Assembly (NCBI GenBank): GCA_005878525.1
Contig: VBMB01000135.1
Location: 39 to 64,038 of the forward strand
DNA: 64,000 bases
Direction: 5' to 3'
Source: Methanobacteriota archaeon
GTDB lineage: Archaea > Thermoplasmatota > Thermoplasmata > RBG-16-68-12
Part shown: positions 56,763-64,000 of the stretch, piece by piece
How positions within the stretch are numbered: the first letter of the stretch is position 1
How the letters are laid out: each line of letters begins with the position of its first letter
Notes under the pieces: generated by a model
The model's database searches: none
Told to the model about the DNA's origin: nothing
The model's input: only the letters and a program-made list of their open reading frames with translations
Translations under genes and position numbers: made by a program

Positions 56763-56978
56763 GTGAACGGGTCGCGACTCATTCTGCGAGCGGCCCTCAT
56801 CACGGCCGCGTTCGCCGCGGTGGACGGCGTGATCCTCTACTTCGGCACACAGCCTTCCTGGACCTTCCTCCACCGATGGGTTCTGATGGTCGCAGGCGTC
56901 GGGTCCGGAATCGGATGGGCGGCCTTCATGATGAGCACGGGCCATTCGATTAGACGCATGTCCAGCGGCTTCAAATGA
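56763..56978 (+). CDS. Small membrane protein (2 TM)
   Basis: 71 aa with two hydrophobic helices. Confidence 0.3.
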   Translation: MNGSRLILRAALITAAFAAVDGVILYFGTQPSWTFLHRWVLMVAGVGSGIGWAAFMMSTGHSIRRMSSGFK

Positions 56979-57474
56979 AATCCGCTTGCGCGCGGACCAC
57001 GCCCGCGCTGTCTTCGGCCTCCGCGTAGGCATCGAGCGGCTCTTGGTTCAGCGCCAAGAACTGTCCACCCCACGTGAACTTCGAGAGGATCGCACGCGCC
57101 TCCTCCGGGCGGCCGAAGATGACGAGCGCCGCGGCCAACGCCTCGACGGAAGACAGGACGAACGGCTTTCCGTAGTTCACCGGGTTCGCGGCCAAGAGAT
57201 AGGGCAGCGCCCGGGCCACGGCTTGAGGGACCATGGGGAACTTCCCGCGCTTCCACGAGACGTCGACGATGGCGAGGCCGCGACGTTCCGCGCGCGGCCC
57301 GTCTGCGGGAGACAGCGCGCGATCCGCCTCGGGCGTCAAGAGGACGGCGCCGTTCGGCAAGGCCGATGGACGGGGGACGAAGGTCATCAGGCCTAACCGT
57401 CCGAGTCGGCGGGACGTGCACTTCTTCGGGTCGCATTGCCCGGCGTGGTATGCGACGAGGCGAATCGGCCGCAT
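56971..57474 (-). CDS. tsr3: 16S rRNA aminocarboxypropyltransferase Tsr3
   Basis: YHAGQCDPKKCT N-terminal motif characteristic of the Tsr3/DUF367 family. Confidence 0.7.
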   Translation of the reverse strand: MRPIRLVAYHAGQCDPKKCTSRRLGRLGLMTFVPRPSALPNGAVLLTPEADRALSPADGPRAERRGLAIVDVSWKRGKFPMVPQAVARALPYLLAANPVNYGKPFVLSSVEALAAALVIFGRPEEARAILSKFTWGGQFLALNQEPLDAYAEAEDSAGVVRAQADFI

Positions 57475-57484
57475 AGAGGCTCTC

Positions 57485-58348
57485 CTAGGTTTTCGTGAAC
57501 TCGGCGTAGAGCTGGAGCCCGAGCGGGAGCGGCCGGGTCCCCAGACGCGCCACGGAGCGCGACAAGGCCCGCGGGGTGATCTTCATCACGCGATCCGGGA
57601 GCGGGATCCGGTACGTGTAGCCCAGGTCCATCCGAAGGCCCGCGCGGGAGCCCAGGACCACGAGTTCGCGAAGCGTGAAGCCTTCTCGGCGGTGGCGGTC
57701 CGGATGGCCCGCAGACCCCGCGGCCGCGTGGTTATGCAGGAGGTCTGGGTGCAACGTCTCCTGCGTCATGGAGGCGGCGAGCCGCGACACCGCGGCGTCC
57801 GGGAGAAACCGCAGGATCCGATACGGCAGGGCCTGCGCATTCGGCGTCGTCATGAAGAATCGTCCTCCGGGTCGCAGGACACGAGTGGCCTCGGATAGCA
57901 TGCGCCCCGGTTCGTCGACGTGCTCCAGGACTTCCGTGGCCGCGACCGCGTCGAACGACTCGTCCCGATACGGCAGGGCTTCGGCGTCCGCGCGGACGAT
58001 CTGCACGCGCGCCGCGGCCGCCGGATCCCGCGCCGCCTTCTTCGCGCGCACGGAGGAGACGCGTGCCTCGAGGATGTCCATCGCCACGACGTCAAAGCCG
58101 GCACTCTCGGACAACGTGAGGGAGAGGGCGCCATGGCCGCAGCCGATGTCGAGCACTCGCGTATGCGCCCGCTGACCCGATGCCACAATGCCGGTCGCGA
58201 GGAGTCGCTGTCGCGAGAAATATTCCCACTTGACATACTCGGACGGCTGGATGAGATCGATGAGGACGCGGTCAATGCGGTCCTCCCCCGGCGTCCGAGG
58301 CTTCACGGATGGCGCGGAAGCGGCGCGTGCGCCATATAGGTGTCGCAA
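57485..58348 (-). CDS. Class I SAM-dependent methyltransferase
   Basis: Motif I VLDIGCGHGALS, and the DAVAATEVLEHV and LRPGGRFF motifs. Confidence 0.75.
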   Translation of the reverse strand: MRHLYGARAASAPSVKPRTPGEDRIDRVLIDLIQPSEYVKWEYFSRQRLLATGIVASGQRAHTRVLDIGCGHGALSLTLSESAGFDVVAMDILEARVSSVRAKKAARDPAAAARVQIVRADAEALPYRDESFDAVAATEVLEHVDEPGRMLSEATRVLRPGGRFFMTTPNAQALPYRILRFLPDAAVSRLAASMTQETLHPDLLHNHAAAGSAGHPDRHRREGFTLRELVVLGSRAGLRMDLGYTYRIPLPDRVMKITPRALSRSVARLGTRPLPLGLQLYAEFTKT

Positions 58349-58528
58349 CCCGTGGCCCCCTCCTGGCCCTTCGGCACAAAACGTATGACCCTAGCCGGCG
58401 TTCCTTCCGATGCCACCGTGATGATTGAACCGACGCTGATCCGTGATGAATGATGGGCGATCTGAGTGGCCTCGATTTGTCAACGCGGCGCGTCGCGTGC
58501 AGGGATGTTTTAATAGCGAGGTACGCCG

Positions 58529-59023
58529 ATGGGATTTCGGGATGCGCTCATGGTGAGCGGTTTCGACCTCCTCGGGCATAACCGCACGTTTCAAGTGCAT
58601 TGGCTGAAGCGAGTCGTCGCGTTCTTCTTGGACCTGATCACGGTCTTCGCCCCGCTCTGGTCGTTCCTCTACCTCGAAGGCGTCCGGGCGCCGTGGGTCT
58701 ACGGCGTCGCCGGTGGCGTCGTGCTGTACGCCTATTCGACCTTCTCGGAGGCGATCACTCGCACGACCGTCGGGAAGTTCATCGTGGGCCTCGAGGTCCG
58801 ATCCCTTCGCGGGCCGATGAGCTTGTCAAAAGCCGCCGTGCGGAACTTCCCGAAGCTGTTCTGGTTCGCCTTCCCTCTCCTCGACACCCTCGCAGGTCTC
58901 GTCGTCGATGGAGATCCGCGACAGCGGTGGTCCGACAAGATCCTCGGGACCACGGTGGCCCAGTCCCACCTGATCCATGTCCGCGTCCACCCGATCGAGG
59001 CGAGCGACGCCGGCGGGAGATAG
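58529..59023 (+). CDS. RDD family membrane protein
   Basis: Three TM helices in the RDD arrangement with the conserved R..A...D pattern. Confidence 0.65.
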   Translation: MGFRDALMVSGFDLLGHNRTFQVHWLKRVVAFFLDLITVFAPLWSFLYLEGVRAPWVYGVAGGVVLYAYSTFSEAITRTTVGKFIVGLEVRSLRGPMSLSKAAVRNFPKLFWFAFPLLDTLAGLVVDGDPRQRWSDKILGTTVAQSHLIHVRVHPIEASDAGGR

Positions 59024-59075
59024 CCGCACCGCACGGTTATATAGCGTCGGCTCCTGATGCGCCTTCAGTGACGCC

Positions 59076-59330
59076 ATGCTCTTTGTGACGCAGCTCAAGG
59101 TCCTCCCCGGACAGTGGGAGGACGCGACCCGCCTGTTCAAGCACCCGAAGATCCCGAACAACGTCATGGTCCACGAGTTCCTCGGACTGCTCGGCAAGCC
59201 CGACGCGCTCGTGATTTTCGAAGCCGTCGACGCCGCGACGGCGGCCGACTTCATGGTCCAGTTCAGCCGCGTGACGGATGCGACCACCTCGCTCGCGCTG
59301 CCGATCGAAGAGTTCAAGTGGACCTGGTAA
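59076..59330 (+). CDS. Hypothetical small protein (84 aa)
   Basis: Balanced composition, no recognisable domain. Confidence 0.3.
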   Translation: MLFVTQLKVLPGQWEDATRLFKHPKIPNNVMVHEFLGLLGKPDALVIFEAVDAATAADFMVQFSRVTDATTSLALPIEEFKWTW

Positions 59331-59580
59331 CCGCGTCCCGGGGCCGGGGATCACCTCGGGTGAGCAAACAGGAAAAGCGCTAGTGTCGCCTTGGAGGGAG
59401 AGGGTTGACGACACCAGCGCAACATCGTAACCGGCGAAATGCCGGGTCCGACGTCCCTTCCAAGGGGCGGGCATATTAACGGGTTATTGTACGCTGGTGA
59501 AAGGAGAGCGGGCCACGAGCCCGCAAGCTCGAGAAGAAAGAAAAGAGAAAGGGGAAGAGGGTTGGGGGTTTGTCGGCCGC

Positions 59581-60045
59581 CTACGTCAGGGCGTGTGCGT
59601 ACAGGATTCCCTGGGAGTCGGCAATCTGCACCGCGTACCCGCTCGGGTACGTGGTCGTGCTGATCAAGACCCGGTCTCCGACGACGATGGTCGTGCCTCC
59701 GGTCCCGACGAACTGGGCCCTGTTGGTGTTCCACGAGGCCGACGTCAGGGATGCGAAGGCGGTGGGGCTGAGCGACGTCAAACCTCCCGAGGTGGTGATC
59801 GTCAGCTTAACGGCCGACGTCGTCAGGCCACTCGGTGTCGTCGTGATCAACAGCGTCCAGTTCGTTCCATCGCCGGATCTCCCGATATTGACACCCATCA
59901 CACGAGGTCCTTGACCCGTGGGCGTCAGCAGGCCGGATACCATCACGTACAGCACCGCGGCCAGCACGACCGTAATCGCGACCATCAGGATGGTCGCAAT
60001 CACGGGCGACACGGCTGCCTCATCCTTTCGGATGATGCTCTTCAT
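59581..60045 (-). CDS. Archaeal type IV pilin-like protein with class III (prepilin) signal peptide, copy A
   Basis: MKSIIRKDEAAVSPVIATILMVAITVVLAAVLYV is a class III signal with a FlaK/PibD-type cleavage context; Thr/Ser/Gly-rich mature part. The listed ORF 59581..60363 has a spurious 5' extension. Confidence 0.7.
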   Translation of the reverse strand: MKSIIRKDEAAVSPVIATILMVAITVVLAAVLYVMVSGLLTPTGQGPRVMGVNIGRSGDGTNWTLLITTTPSGLTTSAVKLTITTSGGLTSLSPTAFASLTSASWNTNRAQFVGTGGTTIVVGDRVLISTTTYPSGYAVQIADSQGILYAHALT

Positions 60046-60768
60046 GGTTCTGTCCTCCTGCGGCTTGCGCCGCCATCTCGGCACGGGGGAACCGACGCTC
60101 TTAAACGTGTCGTGGTTAATATTCGAAGTTGAGAACGAACGGATCGGGTACGCGCGGGAAATGGAAAGGAAAGAGAAAAGGGAAGAAGGTTGGGGGCTGG
60201 ATGCTGAGCCTAGCCCAGGGCGTGTGCGTACAGGATTCCCTGGGAGTCGGCGATCTGCACGCCGTACCCGCTCGGGTACGTGGTCGTGCTGATCAGGAGC
60301 CGGTCTCCGACGACGACGGTCGTGCCTCCGGTCCCGACGAACTGGGCCCTGTTGGCGTTCCACGAGGCCGACGTCAAAGACGAGAGGGCGATCGGGTTGA
60401 GCGCCGTCAGGCCGCCGGTTGTCGTGATCGTCAGCTTAACGGCCGACGTCGTCAGGCCACTCGGTGTCGTCGTGATCAACAGCGTCCAGTTCGTTCCGTC
60501 TCCAGACGTGCCGATATTGACACCCATCACACGAGGTCCTTGACCCGTGGGCGTCAGCAGGCCGGATACCATCACGTACAGCACCGCGGCCAGCACGACC
60601 GTAATCGCGACCATCAGGATGGTCGCAATCACAGGCGACACGGCTGCCTCATCCTTTCGGATGATGCTCTTCATGGTTCTGTCCTCCTGCGGCTTGCGCC
60701 GCCATCTCGGCACGGGGGAACCGACGCTCTTAAACGTGTCGTGGTTAATATTCGAAGTTGAGAACGAG
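59587..60768. repeat. Tandem direct duplication (2 x about 552 bp, 78-bp spacer) covering the pilin gene plus about 95 bp of its upstream region
   Basis: 59587..60138 versus 60216..60768 are about 95% identical, including the non-coding upstream segment. Confidence 0.7.
60210..60674 (-). CDS. Archaeal type IV pilin-like protein, copy B (about 93% identical to copy A)
   Basis: Same class III signal peptide; about 10 substitutions in the mature part. Confidence 0.7.
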   Translation of the reverse strand: MKSIIRKDEAAVSPVIATILMVAITVVLAAVLYVMVSGLLTPTGQGPRVMGVNIGTSGDGTNWTLLITTTPSGLTTSAVKLTITTTGGLTALNPIALSSLTSASWNANRAQFVGTGGTTVVVGDRLLISTTTYPSGYGVQIADSQGILYAHALG

Positions 60769-60850
60769 TTCATAAGAGCTAGCGCCGCCAGAGGAAAGTG
60801 CCTCACTGCGGAGGGCGTCCGACGCGGGCGAGACTGACGCCATCGGCGGC

Positions 60851-61426
60851 TCAGACCCCGAGTTCGAGGGCTTCATCGGACACGAGCACGAGCATGTTCC
60901 GGATCTCCTCCGTCTCGTATTCCTGCATCGAGATGATGACGGTGTAGGCGCCGCGGGCGCGCAGGTTGTTCACCAGGATGTGGAGGAACTCGCTCAGGAT
61001 CTTCGTGTTGTTATGGATCGCGAGGCTGTTGATCGAGTCCAGCACGACGAGGGCGTTCCGGTCCGGGTTCTTGCGGAGGAGGAACTCGACCTTCAGCATG
61101 ATGTTCTCGAGCATCGTCGGACTCTCGACGACGATCGAGTGGGGATGGCGCTTCGCCTGGGACATCATGATCTGCGTGATGCAGTCGACGAACCAGATGT
61201 GCTCCACCGGGATCTCGAGGGCCTCCATCGCGTTCAGGATGCTCTGGCTCGGGATCGTCGACGTCACGTAGACGACCTCGAGGTCCTTCTTCGTCGCGAA
61301 CCGGTCGATCAAGCCTTGGATCGCGTCGAAATATTGATCCGCTTTCAGGTGAAGCGCGACGGCGGACGCGACCGGCAAGGCGGAAAGCTTCTCCGAGACC
61401 TCGGCCGGGATGCTCTGTTCAGCCAC
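60851..61426 (-). CDS. RecA/KaiC-fold protein lacking a P-loop (degenerate ATPase-like partner)
   Basis: VVYVTSTIPSQSI occupies the Walker A position without GxxGxGKT; a Walker B-like ALVVLDSINSLA is retained. Overlaps the upstream KaiC-like gene by 8 nt. Confidence 0.5.
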   Translation of the reverse strand: MAEQSIPAEVSEKLSALPVASAVALHLKADQYFDAIQGLIDRFATKKDLEVVYVTSTIPSQSILNAMEALEIPVEHIWFVDCITQIMMSQAKRHPHSIVVESPTMLENIMLKVEFLLRKNPDRNALVVLDSINSLAIHNNTKILSEFLHILVNNLRARGAYTVIISMQEYETEEIRNMLVLVSDEALELGV

Positions 61427-62201
61427 TTCCGGTCACGCTCCCGCCTTTCAGCAACGGCACGAGCAACACGCCGGACGTCGTGAGGTCGAGGACGTACTTC
61501 GCTCGACTGTGGGTCGTGCCCCGCATCTTGACGACCTGCAACGTCCGGAGGAGATCGCCGCGACGCTCGAGGTTCCCCGTCACGATCACGCCGTCGGCGA
61601 GGGCTTCCTCGACCCCCCAGCGGGAATAGCCTTCCTCCGTGGAACGGATCTCCGACACGAGAAGCGAGGTGCATCCCTTCGCGCTCAGGACCGTCCCGAG
61701 GCGGAGCAGGAAGTCCCGGATCCGCTCCTGGTCCTTGATCCGGTAGCAGACGGACGTGACGGAATCGAGGACGAGCCGGCGGATCTTCTGCTCTTCAACG
61801 ATGGAGGCGATGCGGCTGGCGAGGAGGCGGGCCTCCTTGAAGTCCATGTCTTCCTTATCGATGCCGAGCTCCTCGTAGATCTTCGGCATGTCGACGAACT
61901 GGAGCTTCCCCTGCTTCGCGAGACGGTCGTCGAAGAAGTCGAACGGGATGACGTTCTTGAGGAGCTTGTCGGTCGGCTCCGTGACGCTCAGGTAGAGGCT
62001 GTTCTCGCCCTCGAGCGCGCCGCGGATCAGGAACTCGATACAGATCGAGGTCTTCCCGGTGCCGACGGAACCGGAAATCAGGACGGTGTTCCCGCGCGGG
62101 ATGCCTCCATTCAGAATATGATCGATCGCATCGATGCCGGTGACGCATCGCTCACGCTCGCCGTCGTCGCGCTCCATCGTGGGCATCGATTCAGGCAACA
62201 A
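61419..62201 (-). CDS. KaiC-like RecA-superfamily ATPase
   Basis: VTGIDAIDHILNGG, Walker A GSVGTGKTS, Walker B LVLDS. The start could be any of the three Met in the first nine codons (62201, 62186, 62177). Confidence 0.8.
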   Translation of the reverse strand: MLPESMPTMERDDGERERCVTGIDAIDHILNGGIPRGNTVLISGSVGTGKTSICIEFLIRGALEGENSLYLSVTEPTDKLLKNVIPFDFFDDRLAKQGKLQFVDMPKIYEELGIDKEDMDFKEARLLASRIASIVEEQKIRRLVLDSVTSVCYRIKDQERIRDFLLRLGTVLSAKGCTSLLVSEIRSTEEGYSRWGVEEALADGVIVTGNLERRGDLLRTLQVVKMRGTTHSRAKYVLDLTTSGVLLVPLLKGGSVTGSG

Positions 62202-62287
62202 ACTTGGGGCGCGCTATAAGAGATGAACGCGCTGATTATCAGGTCTGAAAGCAGGGCCGGGCTCACGGATTCGGGAGCGACTGAGTG

Positions 62288-62309
62288 GTCAACCTTGTTT
62301 AAGGTTAAC
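62288..62309. promoter_or_regulatory. Inverted repeat GTCAACCTT-GTTT-AAGGTTAAC about 100 bp upstream of the KaiC-like gene; near-identical to the 10564..10591 palindrome
   Basis: 20 of 22 positions are shared with the site upstream of KaiC-like gene 1. Confidence 0.5.
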
Positions 62310-62311
62310 TC

Positions 62312-62959
62312 TCACCCGTGGACGACCTTGAACGCATGGTCCCATCGATTCGTGGCGGAGCCGACCAGAGCCCAGAGGGGCACGAGCGCTTCGATCCAAC
62401 GAGCCCCTTCGATCCCGCCGACGTCGATGGCCCCGGGCCAGCCGAACTCTTTCAGGATCCCGACGACCTGCTTCTTCGCGGCCGCATCGTTCCCGGCGAT
62501 CAGCATCTCCGGAGCGCCTCCGACGAACTTCGGGTCGACCATCTGCGTGTTGGGGACCGTGTTGAAGGCTTTCACGACCTTCGCTCCGGGCAGCGCCCGC
62601 TGCACTCGCTCGGCGAGAGAGTCGTTGAGCCCGACGAACAGGCCGGGGTTCGGTCCCCCGGAGAACTCGAGCGCATTCTGTACGTCGATGACGACTTTGC
62701 CCACGAAGTTCTTCGGCCCCGCGAGGCGCGCGACCTCGTCGAACGCGAATCCGCGCGTCGCAATCACGATCGTCTCACCATGTCGTGCGGCCTCCTCGAA
62801 CGTGCCGGTGGAGGCTTTCCCTTTCACCTCTTTCAGCCACGTCGTGAGAGCCTCGCTCTTCGGAGTCCGCGAGCCCAATTTCACATCGTGTCCGCGGCCC
62901 GCAAAACCGCGACCCAGTGCCTGACCGACATCGCTGCTTCCCAAAACGCCCACGCGCAT
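62312..62959 (-). CDS. npdG: F420-dependent NADP oxidoreductase (NADPH-dependent F420 reductase, NpdG family)
   Basis: N-terminal Rossmann motif VGVLGSSDVGQALG; 215 aa typical of the family. Confidence 0.7.
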   Translation of the reverse strand: MRVGVLGSSDVGQALGRGFAGRGHDVKLGSRTPKSEALTTWLKEVKGKASTGTFEEAARHGETIVIATRGFAFDEVARLAGPKNFVGKVVIDVQNALEFSGGPNPGLFVGLNDSLAERVQRALPGAKVVKAFNTVPNTQMVDPKFVGGAPEMLIAGNDAAAKKQVVGILKEFGWPGAIDVGGIEGARWIEALVPLWALVGSATNRWDHAFKVVHG

Positions 62960-63070
62960 GGGGGCGCCGAGGGCGAGCGTTCCTTTTCCGCCTTTGGGTG
63001 GAGTGGTCGCTCAGTCAAACGGGTCGCGACGCCGCGGGAGTCGTTACGTTTTTAAGATGAGGGCGAGGTA

Positions 63071-64000
63071 AGCACGGTCCATGGAGCCGGTCCTCCAGGT
63101 CGCTTTGGACCACATGCATCTGAAGCGGGCGCTCCTCGCCGCGAAGGAGGCGGTCGAGGGCGGCGCGGACTGGCTCGAAGCCGGGACGCCACTCGTCAAG
63201 TCCGAAGGCATCGAGGTCGTCCGGCAACTCAAGAAGTCGTTCCCCGGCAAGACGATCGTCGCAGACCTCAAGACGATGGACACGGGTGCGTTTGAGGTGG
63301 AGATTGCGGCGAAGGCCGGTGCCGACGTCATCACGGTCATGGGCGTCACCGACGACGCGACGATCTTGGAGGCCGTCCGCGCGGCCCGGCGGTACGGCTC
63401 GAAGATCATGGTCGATCTGATGCGTGTGGCCGACAAACCGGCCCGGGCGAAGGAACTCGAGAAGCTCGGCGTGGATTATCTGAACATGCACGTGTCGATC
63501 GACGAACAGATGATTGCGCACACGCCGCTCCAGGAATTGAAGGCGGTGGCCGCGGCGACGTCGATCCCCGTCGCCGTCGCGGGCGGCCTGAACTCCGAGA
63601 CCGTGGGCGAAGCGCTGAAGGCGGGTGCCTCGATCGTCATCGTCGGCGGCGCGATCATCAAGGCCGAGAACGTCGCGGAGGCCACGCGGACCATCAAGAA
63701 GGCCATCCACCAGAGAAAATCGATCCCGACGGGCCTTTACAAGAAGTACACGGATGCCGATGTGGGCGAAGCGTTCCGCCAAGTGTCCACGCCGAACCTC
63801 GCGGATGCGATGCAGAAACGCGGCGTGATGACAGGCCTCGTGCCCCGGATCAAGCATGGCACGAAGCTCGTCGGTCGGGCATTGACCGTCAAGACCGCGG
63901 ACGGCGACTGGGCGAAACCCGTCGAGGCGATCGACCGCGCGAAGTCCGGCGACGTGATCGTGATCGACGTCGGCGGTGGGCCGACGGCGGTCTGGGGCGA
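63071..64000 (+). CDS. hps: 3-hexulose-6-phosphate synthase (OMPDC-family) fused to an RraA/MenG-like domain; the 3' end lies beyond the window
   Basis: N-terminal HPS motifs (LQVALD, ADLKTMD, VAGGL), then an RraA-like segment (FRQVSTPNLADAMQKRG...ALTVKT..GDW) from about residue 215. Confidence 0.6.

Overview
This is a high-GC (about 65%) archaeal chromosomal segment carrying roughly 80 genes on both strands; nothing here looks bacterial. The gene content points to a euryarchaeon, possibly Thermoplasmata-related. The evidence is FtsZ, TBP, and the complete proteasome/exosome superoperon (Pop5, psmA, SBDS, Rrp4, Rrp41, Rrp42, L37ae, RpoP, Pcc1, prefoldin beta, DUF106, cmk, cbf5). It also carries an MGMT-like/endonuclease V fusion, an F420-dependent NADPH reductase, an HPS fusion, an archaeal riboflavin operon (ribB, ribL, ribC, ribH) and scattered purine and C1 genes (purN, purH, purD, metF, folD). 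Two tRNA genes are present: an initiator tRNA-Met that appears to carry two introns, and an intron-containing tRNA-Ser. No rRNA or CRISPR array is present. Five KaiC-like RecA-superfamily ATPases sit in three loci; two of these loci share a near-identical AT-rich palindrome about 95 to 100 bp upstream. The most unusual content is listed below.
- A tight operon of KaiC-like ATPase, Roadblock/LC7-like protein and two paralogous Cys/His proteins of unknown function, next to a low-GC orphan N4/N6 methyltransferase islet.
- A 2167-aa AglB/STT3 oligosaccharyltransferase fused to a very large sequon-rich beta-repeat surface region.
- A family of small repeated units built as TATA, then a 29-nt conserved 5' block, then a hairpin with a T-tract; these look like paralogous small RNA genes.
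- A tandem 552-bp duplication of a class III signal peptide pilin gene.
Two apparent frameshifts (a VOC-family gene and the 5' end of a surface protein) suggest either gene decay or indel errors in the assembly.
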